64,000 bases of DNA, taken from IMG/VR virus record IMGVR_UViG_3300028591_000003, positions 64,001-128,000 of that record. One strand, given 5' to 3'. Positions 28,623 to 43,500 of this stretch are shown here, one piece after another. The stretch comes from a virus. Lineage: Duplodnaviria; Caudoviricetes. The notes under the pieces were generated by a model. It made no database searches. It saw only the letters and a list, made by a program, of their open reading frames with translations, and was not told where the DNA came from. The position numbers were made by a program, and so were the translations under genes. Position 1 is the first letter of the stretch, and each line of letters starts with the position of its first letter.

Positions 28623-30964
28623 TGGAAGAACAAATTAAAAAGAAAAGAGGTAGACCTCGTAAAAATCCTATTCTCCCTGAAGAAATTTAGTCTTTAGTAA
28701 ATGAAGTTCAAGAAAAAAGTTAGTAGCTCCAAAAAGAAACAATAGTTAAAGAAGAAATTCGTTCTAAAGAAGGCGAATGGGATGTTAAAATAAATGATTC
28801 TATTGAATATTTTGATAAAAGATTATCTTATGAAATAACAGGCTATAGACCTATTACAGAAACACAAGGATTAGATTTTGATCCAAGTTGGTTTACTGAA
28901 GCTAGAGATAATAAAATAAAAACTGGACATTATACATCTTATTATTTTGGTTCAAAAGCATATAGAGATTTTTGGAATCAAGAATATAAAAGATGTAGAG
29001 AAGGAATGACAGTTAACGGATATACAATTCCTGGAACATATTATTATTTTCTTAATTATTATCAATTGCCTCAGACTGAAGTTAAAAAACTTGGTACTAG
29101 TCGTTCTGATATATTTCCAGAGTTCTATACTGCTCAATATGAGTTTTTTCATTATTTTGAATTATGTAAAATACTTAAAAAAGATGTTTGTATGTTTAAA
29201 TCTAGAGGTATAGGTTTTAGTGAGATAAATGCTGCTATTTGTGATTAGATTTATAACTGTTATCCTAATTCAGTATGTATGATTTCAGCATTTGCTTAGA
29301 ATTATGTTGATAAATCTCTTGATAAAGTATGGGGAGGTCTTACATTTGCAAATGATAATACAGATGGAGGATTCTTTAAACTTCGACAAGTACTTGACAA
29401 ACAAATGATTAAGAAAGCTTCTTATTATAAAATAGTAAATGGACAAAAAATTGAAGATGGATGGATGTCTATGATTGAAGCAATTGTTGCTGATAATGAT
29501 AGAAAAATTCGTGGTGATCGTGTAGATTTATTAGTATATGAAGAAGCTGGATCTAATCCTGTTTTAAGAAAATCTTATATTAAAGGTAATGCTCTAGTAG
29601 AAATTGGAGGTAACAGGTTTGGTATTAGAGTCGTTGGCGGTACTGGTGGTGATGTTGATGGGCTTGAAGGATTATCTGATATGTTTTATAATCCAGAATC
29701 TTACAACATTTTACCCTTTCTTAATAACTATACTGAAGATGGAGAATGGGTAAAAACTGCATTTTTTATTCCAGCTAATATTGCTTTCTATAGAGATGGT
29801 TATGTAGACAAAAGAGGAGTTTGCGATATAAAGAAAACTACAGAATTTTATATGAATGAAAGAGCTAAACTTGAAGCTACTCCAAAAGCTTTAGTAGACT
29901 ATAAAGCAGAATATTGTCTATATCCATCTGAAGCATTTGCTCTTGAAGGACAAAACAATTTTAATAAAGTAAAATTAGTAGAACAAATATCTGCAATTAA
30001 GTTTAAAAAAGCAATTGTTCCAAATATCGAAAGAGGATATATGGAATTTGTATATAGTGATCCAAATCACAAAAGAGATAGTATTAAAGGAGTCAGATTT
30101 AAGCCACATCCGAATGGACCTGTTTATATATTGCAACATCCTCTTTGGGAAATCCCAACAGGATAGGATATAGAACCTGGTGAAACAGATGAAGAATATT
30201 CTTACAGAAAATCATCAGAAGAACAAGTAGCTTATAGTAAAATGAATAATTTGTATGTAGCAGGAATAGACGGAATTGATTTAGGATAGGAAGATACTTC
30301 TGATTATACTAAAAATCCATCTAAATTTTGTACTGTTATTAAAAGAAGAGTTCATGGAATGAAAGAGCCTATGTATGTAGCATATTATTTAGATAGACCT
30401 TAGCGAATAGAAGAAGCTTATGAGTAGACTCTAGCATTAATGTATTATTATAATGCTAAAGGAAATATAGAAGCGTCTAAAGTCGGAGTTTTAACTTGGG
30501 CTAAAAAAGAAAAATGGATTAATTACTTTATGCGAAGACCAAGAGTATGTTCCGGTGATCCAGCTAAAAGACCTTCTGGTAATGCACCTTATGGAACAAC
30601 GACTGCTGTTGCTATGATATAGCATGGACTAGATTTAATAGCTTCATATATAGAAGAATATTTTCATAATATATGGTTTTTAGATATGCTAAATTAGTTT
30701 CTTAAATATTCTTACGAGAATAAAGGAAAGTTCGATATTGTAGCAGCTTGTTAGATGGCTGAAATTGCAGATGAAGAACTATCTGAATTAGTTCCAGTAT
30801 AGGTTAAAGAAGCTAAACGAAAATTTTAGGATATTGGATATTATAAAGATAAAAATGGATATACTCGTTTTGGAATAATTCCAAGATAGGAAGAATAGAA
30901 AATTCAAGTTAAATGGGATAATTCTGATGGAGGAAATAGAAATAGTAATCCTGAATATAGATGA
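28622..30964 (+). CDS. terL: terminase large subunit, ~780 aa, TAG read-through
   Basis: KSRGIGFS Walker A, LLVYEEAG Walker B, GGTGG coupling motif, AGIDGID and KFDIV nuclease acids; all fragments in one frame. Confidence 0.92.
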
Positions 30965-31251
30965 ATAATTTAGAAAAAGCTATCTTAGATATTATTGAAA
31001 ATCGTTATAAACGAAAATATACTGGAGGTATAATTGTAACTAGATTAATATCAGGATATAAATTAGTTTTGGATTTAGGTAATCCAGATAAAAGGATAAT
31101 ACAAATATCTGTTGATTGTAATTCAGAAGAAGATTTTTTAAAATATATCGAACAAGAACTCATATCTAGACAATTAGAAAGAGTACAATTTTTTAGAGGA
31201 GTTGTAAATTATCCAGAAGATGAATAGAGAAGAATTGATTGCAAAAACTAA
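30961..31251 (+). CDS. hypothetical protein between terminase and portal
   Basis: 88-aa ORF, extends to TAA 31251 if TAG is read. Confidence 0.7.
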
Positions 31252-33403
31252 TTTGGCTATAGGTGAACTTGTTTATGATAAAGAGAAATTAAGAAAATCT
31301 TATAACTATTATAATTGTAAACGAGATCAGGAATAGTTTAAATATTTGGAAGAAAATTATGGAATAGGACAACCTACTGCTGTAGAATTTATTCCTTTAA
31401 TAAGAAAACACGTTGATGCTCTTGTTGGAGAATATTTAGATATTCCAATTCTTCCTAAAGTTTCTTGTAAAGATGAAGAAACTATAAATAATATATTTAG
31501 AGAAAAGTAGTTAAAAATATCTACTGAATGTTTTCAACTGTTACAAAGAAATCTAAAAAATAATTTATTAAAGGTTCTTGGTAACAAAGATATGACAGAT
31601 TTAAATATAAAAGAACAATTAGATAATTTAATTGAGGATATAAATGAAAATTTTATTTCTCAATATGAAATAGCTGGACAAAATATAGTTGAATATATAA
31701 TTCAATCTAGAAATACAGATTTAGTTACTAAATTAAAATAGTTATTTATAGATGTTTTAGTAACTGGGTTTAATTTTTATAGAGTACTTCCCTCTCCTGC
31801 TGGATAGAACATTTAGATAGAATGTTTAAATCCATTAAATGTATTTCCTGATTTGAATTATGATTCTCCTTATATTAAAGATTCTTATAGAATAGTTGTA
31901 CGAAAATATCTTACTAGAAATGAAGTTCTTAATAAATACGGAAAAGATTTATCTAAAGAAGATATTTCGAAAATAAAAGAATTATGGGAAGACCATTTAG
32001 ATTATTCGAATTCCATTTATGTTAGAGGTCTAACTAATTCTTGTGGTGTTCCAGCTACAGATGGTATTAGAGCAGGAGAGGAAGTTACTCCAGGTTATCC
32101 AGAATAGCACTGGTATAGATACGATAATAATATAGTTCCTGTATATGAAGTAGAATGGATAGAAACAGATAAAAATTTTATAATGCAAAGATATTCTACA
32201 GTACGTATAGGAGAAGAAATATATATTATTAAAGGTAAAGATGATAATGTTATTAGAACTAAAGATGCTCCAGATAAATGTGGATTGAGTGTTAACGGAG
32301 TTTGGTTTAATAATAGAAGTGGAGAACCATATTCAATGGTAAATGCTTGTATGGTTTTGTAGGATAAATACGATTTAGCTTGTTTTTATAGAGATAGATT
32401 AATAGCTAATTCTGGTTCTGTTGGAGACTGGATTAATATGCCAACATTACCTACTTTTTTAGGAGATAGTCTTGAAGAAAGAATTATGAAATGGTTAGCC
32501 TATAAAAAGCAAGGAATTGGATTAATGGACACTTCTCAAGAAGGACAACTTAATACGGGATAGGCTCCAATAAATACACTTGTTAATGGATTTGATGATA
32601 CTATAAAAGCACAAGCAGTACAAGCGATTCAAATGGCAATAGATTCTATTGAAGCTACAGCATCATCTATTACAGGAGTTTTTAGAGAAAGACTTAATGG
32701 AATACAACAGAGAGATGCTGTTACAAATGTTCAAGTAGGAATTAATAATTCTTTTACAATTACAAAACAATGGCAATTTCAGATGGATTTAGTTACTAGA
32801 GAAATTCTTTTAGATTGTTTAGATTGTGCAAAAATTGTATATAAAAAAGGATTAACTGGAACATTAATATTAGGAAAACTTCAAAAAATATTCACAGCAC
32901 TTCCAGAGCATTATACTTTAACAGATTTTGATATACATCTAACTACCTCTGCTGAAATAACAAAAGAAATAGAACAAATAAAAGCCGTTGTGCCTGAATT
33001 TATAAAAGGAGGAATAGTTAGTCCTGATATTATAGTAGATATTATGACTTCAAAGAGTTTAACAGAAATGAAAACAAAAGTTAAACAATCTATTAAAAGA
33101 TAGAAGTTAGAAAACAATTAGATACAACAACTTACTCAACAAGTTGAAGAATTATAGAATAATTTACAACAAGCCCAACAATAGCTACAATAGGCTCAAA
33201 GTAAAATAGAATCTCTTAATGAAGCAAAACTTCAAATCGAACAATAGAAAATTCAGCTTCAATATCAAATTGATGATTATAAAGCTAAGACCGAAAGAAC
33301 TTTCAAAGAAACTCAAGCTGAAAATGATACAAAGAGAACTCAAATTGAACTTATGTAGTTATATGATGGAAATCCTTATAATGATGAAGTAAGAAATGTT
33401 TAA
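31220..33403 (+). CDS. portal protein, ~727 aa, TAG read-through
   Basis: YNYYN...FIPLIRKHVDALVGE and ITGVFRERLNGIQQRDAVTNVQ crAss-type portal motifs; follows terminase. Confidence 0.88.
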
Positions 33404-36400
33404 AACTTGTTCAAAAAATAGCAAAGACTAGTTTTTACTAGATGAAATAAAAAAATGGGTAGCACCTTGGGCATTAATATATGAGTCATCTAAAATTCCA
33501 AGCAACAAACTTCCTAATTTTTCTGAAATATTTGAAGTAAAAAATAATATTTTATATATAGACGGAAAAAGTACTGGAGTTAATGTTGCTGGAATTGAAG
33601 GAAAATCTGCATATGATATTGCTTTAGATAATGGATTTATTGGTTCGGAATAGAGCTGGTTAAAATCTCTTAAAGGAGATTCTGGAATAAGTAGTTATGT
33701 ACATATAGCATATGCAAATTATAATAATGGAGCATGGGAAGATTTCAGTACTACTAATTCCACTGATAGAAAATATATTGGAATTTACACAGACAATATT
33801 ATTTCAGGCTCAAATGATCCAAATGATTATAAATGGAGTTTATTCAAAGGTAAAGATGGAGTAAATGGAATTGATGGTCATGACGGACAAGATGGGTTGA
33901 ATGGTAGAGATGGTGTAGATGGAGCTAGTGGAACAAGTGATTATTTCCATGTTGCTTATGCTAATAAAGATGAATTTGGAAATATAATATAGTTCAGTTT
34001 AGACGATCCTACTGATCGTGAATATATAGGAACTTATGTAGATCAAACAAGATCTGATTCTCTTGATTCAAATAAATATCATTGGATGCTTGTAAAAGGA
34101 GCACAGGGTAGAGATGGAGAAGATGGAATTCCTGGAGCTAATGGAACAGATGGTAAAACATCATATTTGCATATTAAATATTCTGATGACGGAAGAACAT
34201 TTACTTTAAATAATGGTGAAACTCCTGGTAACTATTTAGGTCAGTATGTAGACTTTAATCAAAAAGATAGTACTACTTTTAGTGACTATAAATGGGTGCT
34301 TATTAAAGGAACTCCTGGTACTGATGGTAAAGATGGACTAGGTATTAATATTAAAGGAAGTTTTGACAGTACTGATGATTTACCAACATCTTATAATAAA
34401 GCAGGTGATGCATATACTGTTGGACTAAATATATATGTTTGGAACGGAGAAGAATGGAAAAACTGTGGACAATTTAGAGGAGAAAAAGGTGATACAGGTA
34501 ATGATGGTGCAAACGCCTATGTTCATTTTGCATATTGTAATGACTTAACTAATTATACTGATTTTACCACTTCCATAGAAGACGGAGATGATTATAAATA
34601 TATTGGCGTTTATACAGATAATACTCAAGCTGATAGTGATGATCCAACAAAATATTATTGGAGTCCATTTAGAGGTAAAGATGGTAAAAATGGAGAATAT
34701 GTTGAATTTATTTATAAAAGATTTGATTCACCTCAGACATTTATAAACGATAACAACAATCCTGCATATTGGTTAGCTAATCAAGTAAAAGATTATTTTG
34801 GACCTTCGGGATATGAATGGAGCGATAATCCACAAGGAGTAAATAATACATTACAATATGAATATGTAGCAACACGTACATATGATGGTAATTCGTTTGG
34901 TAAATTTACTACTCCTGTAATATGGTCTAAATGGGGTGAGAAAGGACAAGATGGAGATGGATATGAATACATATACAAAAGATTTACTACAACACAGACT
35001 TGGAATCCTGACGATAATAATCCAGCAAATTGGCAAGTAAGTCAAAATGATGAATTTTATGGACCAACAGGATATGAATGGAGTGATGATCCACAAGGTG
35101 TTAATTCAACATAGATGTATGAATATGTATCTACACGTAAAAAAGTAAATGGTTTGTGGGGTGCTTATTCAACACCATCGTTGTGGAGTAGATATGCACC
35201 TTCCGGTTCTAATGGTGGACATTGGGAGTTTGCGTATAAAAACAGTATAACTGATCCTACTCCTTTAACAGAAGGTTAGACAATTAATGATGCCATTTCT
35301 GCTGGATGGACAAGAAATCCATCATCCCCTAATTTTAATATAGGAGAATATACATGGATGACTCAAACATTCGTATCTGGAGAAGGACAATATGGAACAT
35401 GGACAACTCCTATTAAAATAACAGGTGAAAAAGGATAGAAAGGTGACGATGGTGACAATGCACCTTATGCAGATATAATGTATGGCAAAAGTAGTTACTC
35501 TACAGCAGGTGCTTCTGGTCCTTCTGATATATCAAGTTGGCAAACGACACCTCCACAAAGAACTTTCGGAACCTTTATTTGGATGAGAGTTCAAAATTAT
35601 GATAGTGCTGGAACATTACAATCTGTAAGTTATATCTGTTTAACTGGAGATAAAGGAGATCGTGGAACAAGCGGAAGTGTTAGTAAATGGTATGAATATG
35701 CTGGTGTTTGGGGACCAAATGATATAAATTCTGTAACTAACAGTGCTAACATTGGATATTATGTAAAGTACAATGATGGTTTCTATATGAATCTTGAAGA
35801 TGATGGAGTTGCCAATACAACTACTCCTTCAGCAAGTAGTTCTAAATGGGAACAAATGGCTGGAGATAGAAATTATTATATAGCGAAAGCTTTCTTCGGA
35901 GATTAGGCAGAGTTTGGTTCTGCTATCATTAATGGCGACTGGATGATTAGTAGAGTAGCAACAAGTACTTCTCCAAGTTCTGAATATCAGCATTTTGATC
36001 CTGCTTGTCCAAATAGTAGATGTACTGATTCAACTCATACTTATTATAATGATAATTTCATCCCACAATTTGCATTAGATATGAGGAGTGGTAAAATCTA
36101 TCTTAATGATGCAGAACTAAGTGGATATGCTACTTATTCTGATGTTAATAGCGAATTAGACGACTACCTTAATACAAAGAATGTTACTATAAATAGCCAA
36201 GAAATTACATTACATGAAGATGACGATTCTGATGAATGGTTTACCGCAAGTCTTTTTCCTAAGATGCTTATGATTGCTGCAAATGATCCTACTCAACGTA
36301 GAGATGGTATTGTCGAGTTGGATGGGGAAGGTTTAAAGTTCTTCGGATATGTCGGAGGTACTCGTGAAGGTTTTGAATATGATTATGATGGAATTTATTA

Positions 36401-37019
36401 CTCCGTCGGATCTGGTAATAAAACAGAAATTTTAAAAATAAACCATACTTCTTCTGGTAACGTTCAAAGTATAAATTTAAGTGCAGATGTAAAAATAGGA
36501 CCAGCTTACTTTAACAATGGTAATCTTTTTATTGACAACGGAGCGTCTGGAAATAATTATAAAGAAACATCGTTAAGCTCGGGTGGTGTTATAATGATGG
36601 CTCCGGATATATCAAACATGTGTTTTTTACATGTAGATGGAGTTACAAAATCTGGTGGATATGCCTCTTGGTCAGATATTATAGATGCTGCTAATAATGC
36701 AGTAAAGACTTCAGGAGGCAATCTTGATGTAAATAGTATAACTACCAAAGGTGTAACAATGTATGACGAAACCCAAGGAAATTATACAGGTACTTTACTC
36801 GATGGTTCTCGTATTTCATGCGAACAGTATACAGACAGTACTAAGGCTAATACAGATGCGGTTACAGAAATTACTCCAGGTCAGATTAAATTAAATTCTT
36901 ATTCAGACGCAGCTATAGTTTTTCAAAGTGGCAGCTCTCCTGTAAGCATCACTCAAGATGGTATTACTTATAACGGCACTACTAAAACATGGGCACAAAT
37001 CTTTGCTGCAATACCTTAA
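33396..37019 (+). CDS. tail fibre with collagen-like G-X-Y repeats, ~1207 aa
   Basis: GKSAY motif, repeated GxDG and Y(V/L)HIAY..Y(I)G.Y.D..SD..Y.W modules, duplicated EYIYKRF..WSDDPQGV repeat. Confidence 0.85.
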
Positions 37020-37025
37020 TAAACT

Positions 37026-37646
37026 ATGAATAACTGTAATAAAATATATTTTGATAAAAATTGTAATACTATAGTAAATGATACTTTTGAAGAAGGATAC
37101 GTTTATGTTTACATATTACAATTAAATCAAACATATGATACTAAAAATCAAACTATTATTAGAACAAATATTGATGATGAAATAAAGTTTGATTTAGGTT
37201 TAGACGGATTTTATACACTAATTACTATCAAAATATCTACTGATATTTCTAAACCTTATTATTATAAGAATGGAAAATTTTATAAGAATATAAAAGAAGT
37301 AGAACTATCAGAAATTATTAATGTAAATCCAGAAATTTCTGAAGTTGAAGTTAATTATGATTATTACTTCTAGACTTGTCATTTAAGACAATGCTATGTT
37401 TCAATATGTTAGAAAATCTTTGATTCGTAGGCTAATATAGATTGTAATAAATCAAATTTAGATAAAGAATTGGTGTATAAAAGAGATTTAGTTTGGTCTG
37501 CTCTTAATGTGATAAAATATATGGCAGAACAAGATTAGTTTGAAGAAGCAGAAAGATTATTAGAAAAAATAACAAGATGTAACGGATTATGTCCTAATAG
37601 TGGTTGTGGATGTAAGTCTGTTCCTAAAGATTGTGGATGCAAATGA
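37026..37646 (+). CDS. structural protein with Cys-rich CGC C-terminus
   Basis: In frame across TAGs; ends CNGLC..GCGC..CGCK. Confidence 0.7.
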
Positions 37647-37891
37647 GTTTATTAAAATGTTGTAATCCGATATAGGAGCCTTTTGAATTTAGTATTCCTT
37701 GTGATAAACCAATTCACGGGAATACTAAATTTCCAGAATTGTTTCCTTTAGAACATAATATTTGTGAATTAAAAGAGAAAATAATTTATGAATATTTAGA
37801 TATAATTAATAAATTAGAGTGTGGAATTCAAGAAGATTTAGAATTTTTACTAGAAGAAATTTCTTTAGTTGATATAATGGAAAATGGATAA
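37643..37891 (+). CDS. hypothetical protein
   Basis: 82 codons, one TAG, coupled starts and stops. Confidence 0.6.
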
Positions 37892-38666
37892 AAATTATTA
37901 GTATTATAACAATAGAAATAAAGAAGCATAGTAGTCTTGTGTTTATCCTGATTATAGAAAAGATATGTTTAAATATCTTCTTAAAGAAAATTACTTATCT
38001 GATTATAATTCTGAAGAAGATTAGTATAGAGTTTTATACAACTTAGGAATATTAGACAGACTCGAACTTTTAAAAAATTTAATTGATTCAAAAGTTATAT
38101 AGGCTGGAGGAATTACTTGGGATTCTTAGCCAACTTCTGGAAATTATGATAAAGTATTAAGTAGTGATTCTGTATATAGATCTTTGTTGAAATATTATAC
38201 TAAATAGGAAATTGATAATATTACACAAACTTTATGGGATACTATTTTACAAGCAGTTGAAGAAAAAATAAAAGCAGATTCTTCTTTATCCCTAAATTCT
38301 GAAAATCCAGTATAGAACAAAGTAATAACAGAAGCTTTAAACAAAAAAATTGATAAATCTAATTTAGAAACAATTATAAATGAATTAAAAGATGAAATTA
38401 TATCTGAATTAGATTAGTCTGAATCTATAAGAAGATTAAATGAGGGTTTAAACACAGAAATAAACAGAGCTACAGAAGAAGAATAGTCTTTAAGTAAAAG
38501 AATAGAAGAATTAGAAAAAAATCCTTCACAAGATAGTATTAAACATATAATTCTTACTTAGGAAGATTATGATAAAATAGATATTCCTGAACATAATGTA
38601 CTTTATATAATCATAGAATCTTCTGAAAGTAAATTTGGAGATTCTTTTCCTTTTATACTTAAATAA
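37884..38666 (+). CDS. tail-associated protein
   Basis: KENYLS, DSSLSLNSENPVqNKVIT and LTqEDYD..YII fibre-type motifs; TAG read-through. Confidence 0.65.
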
Positions 38667-38668
38667 TT

Positions 38669-40321
38669 ATGAATAAATTAAATATACCTATTAAAAATTC
38701 AGGAGATGCTTTAGAAGCATCCGAATTTAATAGTTTAATTAGTAAAACTAATGAACTTGTAGATTCAGTCAATGAAGGTGGTTCTGGAGAACCAATAGAT
38801 ACTTCTGGTGTTATTTCAGTAAGTTCGAAAGGAAATGTTACATTAGGTAGTACTAAAAATGTTAATATTGAACCTGCTTGGAATAATAATGAACAAAGTT
38901 ATACTGGAAATTATGGAGATATTGCTTTAAAACCAGGAGATGATATTCAACTTTGTTCTCATCATAGAGAACCTAAAAAGAGAGATAAAATTGTTGTAAA
39001 AAACATTGATGGTTCTGATAATCCAGTAAAAATGCAAGTTGTCGCAGGAGAACTTGATTTAGCAGTAGGTACTTCAAAAAACCCTAAAACTGCTACTAAA
39101 AAGAAAGATAAAAATACTGGATTAGATACTTCTGAACCAATGTTTAAAAGTTCAGACGCTAAAACTTTCGATGTCAGAATACTTACAGGAACCACTTTAG
39201 ATGCAGGAACTGATGATGAAAGAGAAGAAAGGGGCTATTTAAAAGTTCGTGCTCAAGCTATTGACCTCCGGTGTGAAAAACATGGAGGAATTGCATTATA
39301 GCCTAAAGGTTATGATGAAGATGGTAACATGAATAAAATTAAATTTGAGCATGGTGGTGGAGACGGACTTGAATTTGGAACATTTAACACAGAAAAAACT
39401 TCACTTTATACAGACGAATATCGTTTCAAAAAAGATGGTGTTTGGAAAATGGCCACAAGAGAAACTACTCCAAATACTAAAACTGTATATGATGATAATA
39501 CTCCTACTGGAAAATAGTCTACTGCTGCATAGAAATATGTTAAACAAGCAGATGACTTCTACGATATTATAGATGTTGCTGATGAACAATGCACTACAAA
39601 AGATATTATCAAGACAGCTGCTGCATTAAACGGAACGTCTGGTATTCATACTCATATGACAAGTAAAGGCAACTTGGAGATTGAGAGTAATGCTATGTGG
39701 CAGGTACTTGAAGATCAGGAACTGACGTATACACAAGTCGGAATTGTTTCTGCCGATCGTCTTACAAAGTTACATCCTGCTAATCTTCCAAACACTCCTC
39801 ACACACTTACCGAACTTTTATCTTGTTTTGGCACTGAGACATATGAACTTATCGATAGTGAAGACGTCGTATTAAGCGTAGATACAGTAAATCAAATGGA
39901 TGCAGTAGAAATCGTCTATGATATTTTACAGAGTATCGATGAATCGAGTTCAGACTTTGTGAAATTTACCAAAGTGTCTTCACCAGACATAAATATCGAA
40001 AGTGATTCAAATATCAAAATTACTGCACAAAATAAAATTAAGTTTGGCGGCGAACTTGACTTCGGAAGCTCATTTAATTTTGGTGAGACAGATAACGGTA
40101 TTGAAGTCCAATATAAGCTCACTAAAAAGGGTGCTACAAAGAATTGTGGTATAGTTAAGGTAGTCGGTGTGAATAATAACGCTACTAGTTAGTTAGTTGT
40201 GGAAGGAATAACCATAGAACCTGGACAAACCGCAGAAGTAGCTTCGTGTTCAATTTTGGATATGATTAAGCTTGTAAACTACATGAAAAATAATAACTCT
40301 GGACCTTGGGCTACGGTATGA
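38669..40321 (+). CDS. tail fibre/spike-like protein, ~550 aa
   Basis: Three ORF-track fragments in one frame joined across TAG. Confidence 0.7.
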
Positions 40322-40506
40322 TTAAAATAAATAATAAAAATGTAATTGCTATGTATATAAACGGGTAGAGTGTTCTATCCGTTTATACATAGAGATAGTT
40401 AATTTGGACAATAAAAGAGATAATTGATGAAATTTTATCTTGTTATTACAATGGATATTGGATGGATGAATATCCTTGGACAGATGATACATCTTGGAGT
40501 GATTAA
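40318..40506 (+). CDS. small tail-associated protein
   Basis: 62 codons ending GYWMDEYPWTDDTSWSD; three TAG. Confidence 0.6.
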
Positions 40507-40508
40507 TT

Positions 40509-43500
40509 ATGGACTTATATAACGGAAAAATAAATGAATTTATAGATTGGTTAACAGGAGATAATATTATAACTGGACAAAATGAAACCGATCAATTAAA
40601 AGTATCTGGAGGAAGTATTAGATAGTTACTATAGGAAAGATTAAGAAGTCCGTTTGTATTAAAAGAAGATATTGAAAATAACTTGTATAGAATGTTCTCT
40701 AGTGAAACTGCTTATTAGATGTGGTTAGAAAATCCGTCTGATAATGCTGATCTCGAACTATTTAATTTTGTTAGACCTAGTGATTATAAATTAAACATTA
40801 TAATTAATAGTAATAATAGGTTTGTAAGATATGGAGATAGTTCAAATTTAAATACTAGAATACAATATACTTGGGATATAAGAAATGATGAAGGAGAGTC
40901 TACAGATGGACTTACTGCAACATATACAATTGTAAACGAAGCATCAGGTAAAACAACAACATTTACAAGATGGTATAACAAAGGTGAGGCTGTAGATTTT
41001 AGTATATATCAATACCTAGAACCAGGAACAAATACTATAACTATTTCAGCTAGAGGTTCTACAACAGGTGCTAGAAATAGTGCTACATTCAATATAGTAT
41101 TACTTTAGCTTAATGTAAGTAGTACATTTGATTTTATGGAAAAATATGCTAACGGAGATCAAATTACTTTTCCTTGTACATTTACTCGTAATAATCAAGA
41201 TGGAACTGCTAATATACATTTTGTTATAGATGAAGGCGGAAACGGAAAAGAATGGATTTATCAAGTATTGAAAAATACAGGAACTCAAATTAATGCTACT
41301 CAAAGAGTTGTTCCAAATTTAGATCCTGGATTACATACACTACAAATATGGGCAGAAGCGGCTTATAACGATGGAACTATTATTATAAATAGTAATATGT
41401 TATATTATACATTTGTTATTGCTACACCTGAAATTTCTGTTCAAAAATATATATGTATTTCTACTTCTTTTGATTCTGGATCATTTCCAATGACTAATTT
41501 GGTTTTACAAGCTAAACAATATCTTCCTTCAATTCTTAATTGGGGATATTATACTGATGCAGAACAAACAGATACTTAGATACAAGTTACATGGAAATTA
41601 TATGAAAATTAGGATGATGAAAATCCTGATTTATTAGGCAATGCTACTGCAAATAGTAGATAGATTGCTCCATCGTTATCTTATATTCCAACAATATATT
41701 CTGAATATGATGATGGTTCTCAACCTCTTTCATATTTATCTGCTCAATGGAACAATAACGAATTAATAAGAATTCCAATACAAATTCAACAAAATAGTGA
41801 TATATAGATATATGAAACTGGAGCATTTGTTCTTAAATTATCTGCTTATGGTAGAACAAATGATAGTTCAGATAAAAATGAATGGATAGATTCTGAACAT
41901 AATATAGATACTAATTTTACAGGTATTCAATGGAATACTAACTCTGGATGGTATAACAATACTTTTAGAACTGTCGGAACTAATGAATATGCAGAAATAA
42001 ATTATAGTCCTTTTTATGGATTTTCATTTAATAACGGAAAAACTATTGAAATTGAATTTGAAACAGAAAAAACCAATTCTGATAATGATAAATTAATTAT
42101 AATTGGAAGTCCTTATGCTGCTAGAATCGAAATTACTCCTGTAAGAGCATCGTTATATTCTAATGATGGAACTGAAGTTGTTCATACTAATTATAAATCA
42201 AATGAACGCATCAAAATTGCATTTATTATAAATCCTATTTCTGTAGGAGAAAAAACTGTGGAATCAGGACTTGCTTATATTATCAATAATGGAATATTGG
42301 AAAGAGCAGCTTCTGCTTCTGGATATGCTTTTAATACAAGTGGAAATATTAAAATAGGTGGGTCTAACTCTGGAATTAGAGTATATAATATGAGAATTTA
42401 TAATTATGCTATTACTTATTCTGATGCTTATAATAATTATGTTTATGATAGTGAAAATAAAGTTGATATTGTAAATGATAATAATGTATTAGGTACTTCT
42501 GGAGAAATTAGTTTTGATTTATGCAAAAATAAACTTGATACAATTCTTATATCCGGAGATTTAAGTAATATTCTTAATTAGAATAGTGATAAACAAGATT
42601 CTACTACAGATGTAACAATTGAAAGAATATGTCCTTATGATACTACTAAAAATTTTAAAATTAATAATGCTTAGCTTAGAAAACATGGACAATCTACATT
42701 AAATTATCCTATTACTTCTATGAAAATGTGGTTTAATAAATCCAAATCTGGAATACAACCCATATTTGAAATAGTACCACAATAGAAATACTCTTATAAT
42801 AAGAATAGATATAAGATGAAAGAAACCTCTATTCCATAGAATAAGTTTGTTCTTCAAGCCAACTATGCTGACTCTTCTGGAGTTCATAATGGAAGTTTAT
42901 TAAGACTAATTCAGTCATCTTGGTTTAATGCTAAAATTGATGGAGAATATAAGTTAAGAACTTTACCTCAATTATTTACAACAAATCAAACAGTTACTCA
43001 TAATTCTGTCGAATTAAACGATGTTAATGATAATATAGATGGTCTTAATGAAGAAGGACATAATTGGAATTATTATTCTCCTAGAACAGAGTTTCCTTAT
43101 GATATAAGAATCTCTCCTGATTCTTTCCCTTGTGTAGTATTTTATTATGATGAAGCAGGAACACAGCAACGTACATTCTTAGGATAGTATGTATTTATGG
43201 ATGATAAGAAATCTGATTTCTTATACGGTGAACGTAGTATATATAAAATTCCAACTGATCCGTTCTGCTTAACTACTACTCATGCTAAAGATGATACCAA
43301 AGAAAATAAAATATGGGATAATAAAAATGTTCTTAGAATAGAAGTACTTGAATCTAACAATAGATATTCATCTTATATGTCTACTGAAGGATTTAATGAA
43401 AGAAATGGAAGTCGTTATGGATGGGAAACTGCTTTCGAAATGATTTATCCCGATCCCGATGATTTAAATGAAAAAGATACTAAAGAAGGTAAAAATAAAT

